From Negaprion brevirostris (taxonomy: Eukaryota), in contig JARDVH010000110.1 in assembly GCA_030324005.1 (NCBI GenBank), forward strand, positions 2,379,642-2,443,641: a stretch of DNA of 64,000 bases, read 5' to 3'. The first letter of the stretch is position 1. Each line of letters starts with the position of its first letter. Under the pieces are notes generated by a model that had not been told where the DNA came from, made no database searches, and worked only from the letters and a program-made list of their open reading frames with translations. This document shows positions 1-11,640 of this stretch, in pieces. The translations under genes and the position numbers were made by a program.

Positions 1-42
1 AGGGCTAGATGGCCTACTCCTGCTCCTATTTCTTGTGTTCTG
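1..42 (+). mobile_element. 3' terminus of a young CR1 LINE
   Basis: gggctagatggcctactcctgctcctatttcttg; the same tail occurs at 4555-4670, 34324-34400, 37528-37880 and 45909-45978. Confidence 0.7.
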
Positions 43-384
43 GACTCCAAACGTATGCGGGTTAGATTGACTGGCCAGGGTAAATTGCAGCTTCGTGTTG
101 GAAGGCCGAACAAGCTATATGCGGTTACCGGGGTAGTCTGGATGGAATTGTTGTTGGTGTAGGATCAATGCCTCCTTCTGCACTAGGCCTGCTGTATGGT
201 TCTGTTCCGTGTTGTTTTGGGTTACCTGCACATTCAAGAATGGAGCAATTTTTTGTACATTCTCTTTGAGCAGTTTCACTGCTGGATTGTAGTAAAGCGC
301 CACAGACAGCACCTTTGAAGCACACAACCACTAACATCTAAAAGGACCAGGGAAATTTAAAACGACCAGGGAAGCAGAGTCTTA

Positions 385-625
385 GAAACACCTCGATCTG
401 GAAGTTTCCCCTCAAGTGACTCAACATTCTAACTTGGGAATATACCACCGCTCCTTCACTGTCGTTTTGTTGAAATCGCTGAACTCGTCCCGAACAGCAC
501 TTTGGGACTGCCTACATCACATGGACCAGTCCTAAATGCCAGCTCACAAGCAACTTCAAGGAGCAGCTATGGATCAGGAAGAAACGATGGCCCAATCTGC
601 TGTACCGAAATCCGGTTAAATAAAC
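385..625 (+). mobile_element. Old LINE 3' end (L2/CR1-group tail of the type shared with SacSINE1-like SINEs); duplicated at ~6510-6760
   Basis: Motif ...aacttggaaatatatcgccgttccttcactgtc...cctacatcacatggac..., recognised as a common shark LINE 3' region. Confidence 0.6.
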
Positions 626-790
626 TTTTTAAAAAATCATGTGGGTGACCCTTTTCAATGTGCATGTCTTTAAACATTTATGCGTTAATGCTTTCGATCG
701 TGCTCTGTCAATTTTTCTATTCTGCGTATGTCGCCCCGGTGTCAACAACGCTACTCGTTAACATATACCGAGTGAGAAACTACTGTATCA

Positions 791-1046
791 GTTGCAAACA
801 CAACATTGTTTCACCATACATGTGACTGTGGTTGAGTTGTAAAGGTTAGAAATATCTAATTGATTCAAGATCATGGTGGAACCACCAGGCGCAGTTGAAA
901 GACACAGCGACCATCCCATAACAAATTGGCACATTACACACCATTTCATGGATGTGAGCCCATACTCGAGCCTAACGGTCAACTGCAGTAAGCAATGCTG
1001 ATGTTTTCGATCTATCATCTTCTGCACCGACATATGCAATGACTGG
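791..1046 (+). pseudogene. Degenerate fibronectin type III-like exon (second copy ~6921-7173)
   Basis: After a tcag acceptor, copy 2 reads ...HHFMDVSPYSSLTVNAVNNAEVFDQSSSAPTYAMTG, resembling the FN3 C-terminal L-x-P-Y...V-x-A-V-N pattern; stops/frameshifts present. Confidence 0.35.
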
Positions 1047-1716
1047 CAAAGTATCACAACCAAAACAATGTTTGGACGTCCCCAGGATCGTTGAATAAAA
1101 AATGAAGTTTTATTTTAAGCTGATGCTAACGGTGCAATTGAGAGAAAAAAAGCAAGAAATCTACATATGGCAAGATACTGAAACATGGAATATGGCCATG
1201 CCTCCCGCATCTTTTTCAGGAAGGCCGTTCTGAGAATGATTTTTGAACAGGTTTGGGGATGATGCTCCCCTATTTCATGAGACAACTAGTGTCCAGTTCA
1301 GGGTGCAGACAGGAGCAGACTGTGCAGAAAGTCAAATATCAAATCCAAAATCTGACACTTGTGACAGAACAGCACTCCGTCAGAGCAACAGTAGAGTGCA
1401 AGCCAAGATTTCTGTGCACAAGTGTGATCACGGTAAATCGGGGCCTGACTGACTGAGTTCTCCTGACTGAGGCTGCTGCAAAGAACACATTACAACATTG
1501 ACAAGAGTAGCAGAGGGTCGCTCGGAGGTGTCCTGGAGTATTTTCTGCCTCTCAACCAACAAACGCGGAGTATCAACTCTCCATAAGAACAATGAAAAAG
1601 AACACTCACTATTTTGTTCACGGGAAAATGAGTTTCAAGAATCACTGACGTTGAGACAAAGTTTCTTGCTGTTGACTTCATCCATAAATATAATCAGAAC
1701 TAATGTATTCACCAAC

Positions 1717-1842
1717 CTTATTGATTTGCATCTTACGAAGTCTGCACAGCATCATACACCCGAGAATGGAAACAATGACTGAGATTGCGAGCTCTAGAAG
1801 CGCTAGGATCCAGAGAATGACAAGGAAAGTCCGGCAATATTC
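1717..1842 (-). CDS. MS4A: MS4A-family paralog (partial), TM4 exon
   Basis: 126 nt, tgatacag acceptor and gttggt donor; EYCRTFLVILWILALLELAISVIVSILGCMMLCRLRKMQINK fits the MS4A TM4 pattern LLE..IS..S..GC..C; homologous to 48928-49052. Confidence 0.85.
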
Positions 1843-3116
1843 CTGTATCAGTGGCAAGAACATGTTGAAGAGCATTGGAATCAAACAAAATGATTTGTGG
1901 CAAAAATAATTCTCACATTCCCTCTGGCAGCGTAATTGAGTGAGAAACGCATCCCAAAATATTGGATAAAGAATATTGTCAAACTGGGGCAAATTTAATA
2001 GGTTAGATTGGGATTGACCTCCCTTAGTTGTGATACCGCACTAGTGAATGCTTGTCTAACGCATAAATGGTTTGCTATCAAACTGAGTTCAAGGGAAAAT
2101 TAAATATATTGGTATTCCATTTACCCACTTCGTTTCGTTGTCTCAGATGGGGGATGATAGAGATCTGACTGGCGAGTCCCGGTCAGGGAAGCAACAAAGA
2201 AAACATCTGGCAGATCATTCGATCATTCCATCCAGGAGTCGGCTGACTTTATCGTTTNNNNNNNNNNCCCACGGCACCTGGCCTTGCCCCACAGCTCTGC
2301 ATTTGGCCCATATCGAGATCTATATATACGATTTGTTTCTTGAAGTCGGTAGGGCGAGGAGGAGTAGGGTGGGACAGGGGGGGTGGCGGGGGGGGGTGAT
2401 TTATTAACACCAGACAATTCAGCCAGATTTGAAGACTTTGGAGAGCATGCTTGATAAGGCAACAAACTGATTAGACTGGGAACATTTTTCTGCCAAGCAA
2501 AATCCTGCACCCTGAGTGACAGTGATATTAAGAAATGTGTTCAGATCACTGCAAGTAGACTCTTTTCTGTGTGACTCCAAAATTAGAAATATCCGCTTGT
2601 CAGTGATCAAAAAAGAAAATTCAAGCATTCGGGTATTTGGAGTGGGGAGGTAGGATTTCGGTTTTGGGACTATTCGCATGACGAACATGTTTTCTTGCGC
2701 CTTTCAGTGGAAACTGCAGGGATGGTTGGGGAAAATCTCCTCAATGTCTTGTGCCTCTGGTTTCACCTATTCAAATCAGCATCTGGCTGATCAACCAGAT
2801 TGCATGATTTGTAAGTTTGAAATCGATCAATGCATCCTTGTGAGTGTGAAGTGTGCAGTTATGGTACTCTCCCTGTATCGGCAACTCAAAGACTCGTGGT
2901 AATGCTCTTTAAACATCTTAGTATTTTAAAGTTAGTTTTATGTTCCGTTGCTGGGTTAAGCGTGTTTTTGTGGAAGCATGTTGGTGTGGAACAGTGACAC
3001 GGGTTCAAGTTACTTCAGTACTCAGTATTGCCAGTATGTCTATGCCAAATGACGCGAAAGGCTGACTGCTGATTTACACATTATTACGGTAGTTTTAGAT
3101 TGTATTACATACTTAC

Positions 3117-3257
3117 AGGAAAGTAGCAGAAGGCATCCACCTGTTTTAAAGGACAGAAGTATCTTGAGATGCAAAAGCGGGTGTCAACATGAAACAGAAA
3201 TAAATCCAGAACCACTACAATGCCACTGGCCCAGTTCATCATTAGGCAGGTCGTCAC
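3117..3257 (-). CDS. MS4A: MS4A-family paralog (partial), TM3 + extracellular loop exon
   Basis: 141 nt, phase 0-0, tttccag acceptor and gtaagt donor; VTTCLMMNWASGIVVVLDLFLFHVDTRFCISRYFCPLKQVDAFCYFP; same length as, and shares DLFLFHV with, 45273-45413. Confidence 0.88.
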
Positions 3258-3882
3258 CTGGAAACATTAAGGAGCAATTTATTCAGGAAACTGTTCATCA
3301 TGATATCTCACAAAAGCATTGGTTATTTGGATATTAAAAATTGCTTTCGGTGCATTGACAAATGAGGTGGAAATTTATTTCTTTCGGCATCGCAAAATAA
3401 TTTGAACTTATAATCGTGGGCATTGCATTCTACAGAATGCGGCACTTTATACACATGCAAATCACCACATTTGAAGAATTAGTTCCCCTCTAGTCGTGGA
3501 ATCAAGTGTTTCAAATGCTCCAGAGCCTCTGTATATTTTGAGGAAACCGATGCACATGTAACCCAAAGTTCGTTTCACTAAGTGTCCAATTAAACTTAAA
3601 CTGTCATCGTTAATGTTCATTTTGTTCCTTTATCAATATACAAATGTGCAAGTGTGAGCTCGCTACGTCAATTCCCTAGCATTTATCTTACACTCTAACT
3701 GAATCCCCCGTTATTTTAGCAACTTACTGTCTCACCCGTTATTTTACCAACCACTTCACCGAACAATCCATCACGAAGAGTCTTTATCGAATCACCGCGT
3801 TATAGGTAACAGAATGAACATTAAAGCAGTACTGCCCACAGCGAAGTTTTGTTTCAGAGTAATGCAATATGGATATACTTAC

Positions 3883-3939
3883 AACGCATTTGTTTCTGCC
3901 AGTTCCAAGATTAAACCACTGAATTCCACAAATGATTAC
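3883..3939 (-). CDS. MS4A: MS4A-family paralog (partial), 57-nt exon
   Basis: 57 nt, phase 0-0, catcccag acceptor and gtaagt donor; VIICGIQWFNLGTGRNKCV, homologous to IIICGILWRIVGEQSGRPL at 44670-44726. Confidence 0.88.
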
Positions 3940-3994
3940 CTGGGATGAAAAGTACAAATGTTCATTCACTGGATACGACACGTTGACCAAAAAG

Positions 3995-4454
3995 AAAAAT
4001 TGCCTGATACGCTGCAGGGAAAGATGTCTCGAAGCATGGTATATCGGCGAGATCATAACGCTACAAGAAATGAACGGACTCTGCTCCACAATCACCGCAC
4101 AAGAGTGTTCTGTTCCTGTCGGGAAAAACTTAATCACTCAAGAGCACTCAACCGCCGACCTTCGGGTAAACGTTCTCCAAGGCGGCCTTCAAGACATAGG
4201 GCAACGCAGAATCGCCGAACAAAAACTGAGTTTTAGGTTCCCTACACATGAGGATGACCTCAACCGGGATCTTGGGTTCATGTCACACTACTTATAATTT
4301 CCAACATTTGGTGTGGGCTAGCAAAATCCAACGAACTGTCCTGGCTTGAGACAGTTCACAAACCTTTAACCTGTCATTATCCCTCTCTCCACTCGCATTG
4401 TCTGTTGCTGTAAAGGCTTGATTACCTTTAACGACTTGCATTCCAACCATTATC
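3995..4454 (+). mobile_element. Penelope-like element, GIY-YIG endonuclease C-terminus and 3' region
   Basis: LIRCRERCLEAWYIGE...LQGGLQD...RRIAEQKL...LNRDLGFMSHY is the typical vertebrate Penelope GIY-YIG end. Confidence 0.85.
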
Positions 4455-4554
4455 NNNNNNNNNNNNNNNNNNNNNNNNNNNNNNNNNNNNNNNNNNNNNN
4501 NNNNNNNNNNNNNNNNNNNNNNNNNNNNNNNNNNNNNNNNNNNNNNNNNNNNNN

Positions 4555-4670
4555 CATAAGAAATAGGAGCAGGAGTAGGCCATCTAGCCCTTCGAGCCTG
4601 CCCCGCCATTCAATAAGATCATGGCTGAACTAAAGTGGATCAGTTCCACTTTCCCGCCTGCTCCCCACAA
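4555..4670 (-). mobile_element. Young CR1 LINE 3' end
   Basis: cataagaaataggagcaggagtaggccatctagcccttcgagcctgccccgccattcaataagatcatggctg next to a gap. Confidence 0.8.
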
Positions 4671-4671
4671 C

Positions 4672-6157
4672 GTAAGATAATTCTGACAGGTGAAATTAGC
4701 CAGTGGATTGATGGATTCCATCACCCAATTTTATTTACTCTGTTTAACTTCCTTCTGAATTCATCAAGCAACAAGCACACACGGTTTAACGCAATCACCA
4801 CCACAACTAAGTCCCCTCCTGGTGACTTTGCTTTTCTTCCCATGAAACCATTCTACAGCGGTGCCGGCGGAGCCATGTTGCTGCAGGTCGGACCCTGAAG
4901 TGTCCCCGTTTGAGTGTTGGTGTCCTCAGCAGTGCGTTCATCATTTTGCTGCGAAATGATGTCAACATATTGAATACAGTTAAAATTAAAGTAACTGGCA
5001 TTGAATATAACGATCCATTTTCAATGTGAATGAATTTTTTCAATAAGTAATAGTTCCATGAAAACATTATTTTTTTGACATTATTATCTTTCAAAGAATT
5101 AGACACTATATTTCAAAATTATCAGAATCACTCTCGGTTGTTGGCACCGTCTTGTCACTGGGTCAAAAAATCAGACTCAGCAAATTTGTGAACATTATGC
5201 AATGTAAGATGCCCAGACGAGAATGCAAAGTTTACTATTTGAACCGGAATGGAAGTTAACTAATTGTTCCAACTACTGAAAACAGCATTACCGGAGTCAG
5301 TACGGTGACAATATCAATTATATAACTTTTATGGGAGCTGATTGGCTCCGGACTTGAAGAAGGAATGCTTCTGATCTGTGTAGCCACAGACCTCAAAACA
5401 TTTTTGGCCACAAGATCACCACTTATACCCTTGTGCCGTGACTCTACTTCCATTCAGTTTGGTCTTGTCCCTGAAGAAATTTAATTGCCAATTCTTGTTA
5501 TTTGAAAGTTTCTGCTTCTGTCACCCAAAGCTTATTTACCTATAGTGCATGCATTCTCACCTTCAAGGCGGAGTCACTCCCATCGTAGATATCCAACCTG
5601 CATCTTTCTCCAGAACCTTGATAAGTTTTCATTCCCAGGTTCCTCTCCGAGCCCTGATGTAGAATATTTGTGTGAGCAGAATACTTAATAGATTTTTTTT
5701 TTATTTTCAATCAGAACTTTCAAAATCCAGGCGCTTCTCTGAGAAATAAATTAGCTGAATGTTTCGCATAGTTGTTACCAATGGTTTTTAAGTTCTGCAG
5801 GGTTGTTACCGACCAATACATTAGAGGGACTTGCTGTTCTCCAGCGTGACCCTCAATGCCTTTCAGCATCTTAAATCCGTTACTTAATTCATCTCCAAAG
5901 CATCTTTCTTCCTATCAGACTTTGGAACATTTTTAACAATCTTTTCGACTTCAGATTCCCTGTCCCCCTCAATATCCACAATGCTAGTTTTAGGGGCATC
6001 CCATATTTGAAAAACGCTGTCTGAAGAATTGTCCACAGATGTTCTAGTTGAAGAATAGCAACTTAAAGACTTTTAGTCGACATATTTGATTTAACATTGT
6101 TCAACTTCATTCAGAAATTCTGGCAACAAACGTCAATGTGGACAGCAAGGCTTCTCC
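4672..6157. repeat. Segmental duplication unit A, copy 1 (direct copy at ~13530-14825)
   Basis: Colinear similarity, e.g. ggattgatggattccatcacccaattt and cggagccatgttgctgcaggtcggaccctgaagtg; copy 2 lacks ~180 bp corresponding to ~5147-5325. Confidence 0.9.
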
Positions 6158-7500
6158 ACTCCAAACGTGTGCGGGTTAGATTTGACTGGCCAGAGTAAAT
6201 TACTTCTTGTCAGGCGGCTGAGCAAGCTAAATACATGCGGTTACTGGCATGGGCCTGGGTGGGATTGTTGTTGGTGCAGGTTCAATGGGCTGAATTGTCT
6301 CGTTCTGCACTATAGCGACTCTATGGTTCTGTTCCATGTTTTTATTTGAGTTATCTGCACATTCCAAAATGGAGCAATTAGTTGTACATTCTCTTTGAGC
6401 AGTTTCAGTGCAGAAACGCAGCAAAGCGCCTGAGACAGCACCTATTAAACACACAGCTACGACCATCGATAAGGACTATGGAAATCTCTAAGGACCAGAG
6501 AAGCAGAGTCATAGAAACACCTCGATCTGGAAGTTTCCCGTCAAGTGACTCAACTTTCTAACTTGGAAATATATCGCCGTTCCTTCACTGTCGTTTTGTC
6601 GAAGTCCCTGAACTCCTCCCCAACGGCACTTTGGGTGTGCCTACATCACATGGACCAATCCTAAATGCCAGCTCACAAACAACTTTTAAAGGGACAATTA
6701 TGAATCAGGAAGAAACGATGGCCGAACCTACTATACAGAAACCCGGTTAAATAAACTTAAAATTTATCATGTTGTGTAACCCTTCTCAATGCGCATGTCT
6801 TTAGACATTTATGATTAATGCTTTGAGTCGTGTTCTGTCATTTTTTCTATTCTGTATATGCCGCCCGGAGTCAACAACGCTATTTTGTTAAGATATATGG
6901 AGTGAGCAACTATCGTGTCAGTTGCAAACACAACATTGTTTCACCATACATGCGACTGTGGTTCATTTGGAGAAGCTAGAAAATCGTAATTGATTCAAGA
7001 TCTCTGTGGAGCCGCCAGGCGCAGCTGAAAGGCACAGCGACCATCCGATAACAAATTCACACATTACACACCATTTCATGGATGTGAGCCCGTACTCGAG
7101 CCTAACAGTCAACGCAGTAAACAATGCTGAGGTTTTCGATCAATCATCTTCTGCACCCACATACGCAATGACTGGCAAATTTTCGCATCCAAAACAATGT
7201 TCGGACGTCTCAAGGGTCGTTATAAAAAATGAAGTCTTATTTTTAACGGTGCAATTGAAAAACAAACGCGTAAGTAAATCTACATATTGCAAGATACTAA
7301 AGCATGGAATCGGACCATGCCTCGCACATCTTTTTCGGGTAGGATGTTCTGATGATGATTTTTGAACGGGGACGGGGACGATGCTCCTTTCCTGTCCTAT
7401 TATTTCACGAGGCAATTCGTGTCCAATTTAGGGTGCAGGCAGGGGTAGACTACCAGAATTACGGAAAGTCAGATATCTAGTCCAAAAGCTGACAGAGCAG
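6158..7500. repeat. Segmental duplication unit B, copy 2
   Basis: Colinear with 44-1380; ends at a gap. Confidence 0.9.
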
Positions 7501-7942
7501 NNNNNNNNNNNNNNNNNNNNNNNNNNNNNNNNNNNNNNNNNNNNNNNNNNNNNNNNNNNNNNNNNNNNNNNNNNNNNNNNNNNNNNNNNNNNNNNNNNNN
7601 AGGTCCTATCCCTTCTCTTCTCATCCTTTTACCTTTCACATATTTATAGAAGGCCTTGGGATTCTCCTTAATCTTACACTTGAAAGCAAATCAGAATATT
7701 GCAATGCTTTCGTCTATCAGTCTCACCACGATTGGCATGAATTCGTTGCGGGTTCTGCGTTAGCATTATTCATCATGTAAAACATTTGAAACCCCATAGC
7801 ATGCAAGTTTGAGCACCAAGTGGGTCAAAATTGGATTAGAATACATCCACGTTCGCATTACCGGAACAGGCACGAAGTGACCAGTGGCTTAATTGTCCCA
7901 TGAAACAGCGTGATTCGATTGAGATTGGAGGTTTAAAAGTAT

Positions 7943-8011
7943 CACTGGAACAGGGACTTGAACCTGGGCCCCTCAAATTAAAAGCCTAATGCTCGACTGA
8001 GCGATCTGGAC
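7943..8011 (-). pseudogene. tRNA-Lys(TTT) pseudogene
   Basis: gaacagggacttgaacctgggcccctcaaattaaaagcctaatgctcgactgagc is a degenerate reverse complement of tRNA-Lys with a D-loop deletion. Confidence 0.8.
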
Positions 8012-9320
8012 ATTGGGGGGAGAAGGCTGGACCATTATTCCCTGTGAGAGTCGCGGTGAGATGGTGATGTTGCATGGCCTGGAGTGGGGGAAGGGTGTTG
8101 GCGTATGGGAGTGGGAATGGGGTGTGGTGTTCACCTGAGTAAGAACAATATGTTGCAAATATTTGTCTGTAGAAATCCTTATTTATGCAGTTGTCTCCAT
8201 AACAGCACTCTAACCCAATGAAAGGCCATCAATTATTCCCAAAATGTAGATAACTGTCCCATTGAAAGCAAACCAATGATATTTTGAGATAACTGCACCT
8301 AATCAACACACATCAGTGGAGAATATGCAACGACATTGGAGGCTTTGCAAACCCTTCTATATGTACGCAGCTAGAAATGAGGGTGGAAATGAATGACGTT
8401 CACAATCTGGATTCAGCTTGTTTGCCGATGTTGCGAGGAACGAGTACTGCAATCAAGAATTAATTTCGGGCATCAGTTCTGGAATCACAACTTCCTGATG
8501 ATTTAGTTCCCTACACGTGGGGGAGGCAGCAATGACACCAAGTCCATAGTCAAACCAGCTATCCATAGTAATCTCCTTCAGAAGACATTTTCTAACATCG
8601 CAGCAGAGCATGTGTTGTCGCTGCTCCTACAGTATTTTTGAGAATGAAGTTCACGCACTTGAAGTCAACTGCAGTGAGGGGATGGGTGATGTCGTTCAAA
8701 GTGAAGATAGAGAAAGCATCTTCGTTTTGAAGCTTTAGGCAGTGATACAGGATACAATTCCCTTTGAAAACACAAATTTGTCCATGACAATAGCTGTCAA
8801 TCTATTCTTGAAAGCAAAGTTTTTACAAAGCATGGTCTGCTTTCAAGTTCCAACATGAATTGTGCTATTACCCCTGAATGAAATGTATTTGAATTTTAAG
8901 CACCATGGAACCAATTGCATCATCTTAAAGAGTTTTGTCTGGACAGAATAAAGACCATCTGAAAATAGACACCGCCAATGTGCCGGGATGAAATTCGACA
9001 TCTCGTGATGACATTCAATATAAATTCAAACAAGTAAAACGGAGAAGTACGTTACATTTGAAAACTAATCAAAACATAGCAAAGCTTTGGTTCATGAATC
9101 GTAAAACAATCATTATGAGTTCCTTGTTGGTTCTGGAATAGCATTACTTATGATGAAGAGTACTTGAAACACCATAACAGACAAGGCTGAGAACCATCTG
9201 GTGCAAAATTGGATTGAAATGCATCCGCGTTTCAATGTCCGGAGGAAACGTAAAGTGACTAGTGCCTTACTTGACATATGAAAGAATGTGACTCGATTGA
9301 GAATGGAAATTTAAAAGCAT

Positions 9321-9393
9321 CGCCCGAACAGGGACTTGAACCCTGGACCCTCAGATTAAAAGCCTGATGCTCTACTGACTAAGCTACCCGGGC
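9321..9393 (-). tRNA. tRNA-Lys(TTT), full length, possibly impaired
   Basis: Reverse complement GCCCGGGTAGCTTAGTCAGTAGAGCATCAGGCTTTTAATCTGAGGGTCCAGGGTTCAAGTCCCTGTTCGGGCG (73 nt); 4 differences from the vertebrate consensus as I recall it, including D-loop G18>A; T4 terminator just downstream. Confidence 0.85.
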
Positions 9394-10925
9394 TCTGCGA
9401 CTACTTGCGCGCAGCGCCCTATACTGGCCGGTCTGAACATTGCTTGACACAAGTTTTGCATTTCTTCCAGCTATCATCCAATATCTTCAGATTATTTCTG
9501 TCACACAAGTATTCCCCTGTGGGTTTGAGACAGTCACTGCCTTCCTCTCAATTATCCAGCTCTCTCGCTCAAACATCATTGCCTCGCCAAAACTTGCTTG
9601 ACGAATTATCGCCACGAAACCCAAATCTTTCCAAAGAAAACCAACTCTCAGCATTCACTTTTAATCGTTGTTTCATCTTGGCCATTATTCCTGTGAGGTT
9701 CGCGGTGAGATCGTGATGCTGCAGGAACGTGGAGTGAAGGGCGGGGATGCGGGTGAGGGATATGTGAATAGAACGACTTAGAGAGATACGTATCAAACAG
9801 TGACACATAGAAGTTCTTATTTGTGCGGTTGTCCTGGAAACACCACTCTAACCTAATAAATGGACCCTAATTTATTCCAAAATTTGAGACAGCTACCTGA
9901 TTGACAGCAAACCAATGATGCATTCAATAACTGCATTTAATTAATACAAATCAGCGGAGAATAAGCTAGGACTGTGGCTCCTTTCAAACCCTTCTAAATG
10001 CAGAAAGTGGGAAATGAGCATCTCCGTTCATCATGTCTGTCCATACTGCAGGGAACGAGAATTGCAACGAAGGAAAGATTACCAGAAGAAAAGAAAACTG
10101 GACCACAACTTCCTAATGATTTAGTTACCAAGTCTTTGGGAGTCAGCAACGAATCTGAGTCCGTGGGCAAAACAGCAAACTATAAAAATCTCATTTCGAA
10201 AACATGTTTTCCATCACTGCAGTTCATGTGGTGTATCTACTCTTATAGCACTTTTGGGAAAGATATTCCCACAATTGAAACCAACATCAGTGAAGGAATG
10301 TTTGAAATCGTTGAAAGTAAAGGTGCAGTTTGTCGTTTTGAGTTGGAACTTCGGGCAGTGATGGAGGATTCATTGCCCTGGACAATAACATTTGTCAATT
10401 AAAAAGCTCTCAATCAATTCTTAAAAGCAACGTTTTTACAAAGCATTGCAAAGCCTGCAAAGTTTCAACCTGTAAATATCGCTGAAAGAAATGGATTTTA
10501 CATACCATGCAATCAATTGCGTGATATTAAAGAGTTTTGTTAGGTCAGCATAAAAACAATCTTAAAATAGCCATCCTCAATAGGTGTGGATGAAATTCAA
10601 AATCTCAGAATCACATTCAATAATTCTTCAACCACCGGGAACGAAATATAAAGTTACAGTTGGAAGGAAATCAGAATACTGCAAAACTTTCCTTTATCAA
10701 TCTTACGACGACCAGCATGAATTGCCTGAGGGTTCTGGATTAGAATTATTCACGATGAAGAACACTTGCAACGTCATGGCATACAAGGCTGAGAGCCAAA
10801 CGGTACAAAATTGCATTGGATTTCATCCGCGTTCGAATTTCCAGAACAGACATTAAATGACCAGCGGACTCACTCGGCACTGTGAAACAATGTGACTCGA
10901 TTGAGAATGGAGATTTGAAACCAAA

Positions 10926-10990
10926 GCTCCCACAACGACTGGAACACTGGAGCCTCAGGTTAAAAATCTGATCGACTGAGGTATAGGGCT
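10926..10990 (-). pseudogene. Highly degenerate tRNA-Lys(TTT) pseudogene
   Basis: ggaacactggagcctcaggttaaaaatctgatcgactgaggtatagggc at the homologous position of the third array unit. Confidence 0.6.
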
Positions 10991-11440
10991 CTGGGAGTGA
11001 TGGTGCACTGAGACCTTTTCCGGCTGGTTCGAAAATTACACGGCTAAATTTTTGCATTTCCTCCAGCAGTCATGCAATTCCTTCACGTTATTTCTCTCAC
11101 ACAGGCATTCCTTTGTTTGTTTTGGATTTTCAACCTCATTTTCTATGTAGTATTTCGCGAAGATATATAGTAGATTGGCTTCCAGATTGCTGGAACTATA
11201 GTTTCACCGACCATTGTGGTAGTTATGCTGTTGCGAAAACTCTCATAACTTACTTGAAAATTAGCTATTAACAATACTGTTTCCCTGTGTATCCATCTGT
11301 AAACTGTACAGATGGATACTGTATAGAAACTGTAAACTGCAAACTGTATAGATTCATTATCCCAGCAGTTCATTAGGAAATATGATACAGTTCCAACAAA
11401 CGGTATTACAGCACATGGTTGCCTTTTTTTCCTGTTTGCA

Positions 11441-11640
11441 GTGGTAACATGCTCCTGCGCCTTAATCTCCATCTGGAGATGACGAATACTTGCTTAGTGA
11501 TCTCCAATTTTACTCTCATAGATGGCAGCGACCAATCATATCTGCTGACATGTTACACCAGCACAGATTATGAAGCTAATTCAGGAACTTCAGCTTAGGG
11601 AAAAGATGAGGTGGAGCCTCACTAAACATTGGAGCTGCCG
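11441..11640 (+). pseudogene. Degenerate sushi/CCP-like exon
   Basis: Strong acceptor (ttttcctgtttgcag) and donor (g|gtaagg); with frameshifts reads VTC...YLLTCYTSTDYEANSGTSA*GKD..WSLTKHWSCR (C..C..x..W-S..C spacing). Confidence 0.35.

Larger units (their letters stand above)
44..1380. repeat. Segmental duplication unit B, copy 1 (direct copy at 6158-7500)
   Basis: Colinear similarity over ~1.3 kb, e.g. cagttgcaaacacaacattgtttcaccataca and tacacaccatttcatggatgtgagccc in both copies. Confidence 0.9.
7680..11130. repeat. Degenerate tandem array of ~1.4-1.6 kb units, each carrying a tRNA-Lys(TTT) copy
   Basis: Shared flanks (aaaattggatt...catcc.cgtt, tgtgactcgattgagaatgga, ccattattcc..gtgag..tcgcggtgagat) recur; tRNA copies start near 7943, 9321 and 10926. 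Confidence 0.85.

Noticed and set aside
115-327. KVLSVALYYNP resemblance to importin-7 or to the MS4A SGSLSVA motif
   Set aside because: Short match only; the motif is not conserved in the duplicate at 6227-6466, and the true MS4A exons lie elsewhere
1428-1475. Possible terminal exon of the minus-strand MS4A (QPQSGELSQSGPDLP*)
   Set aside because: The acceptor is plausible, but there is no similarity to the + gene's putative last exon and it overlaps a duplication junction
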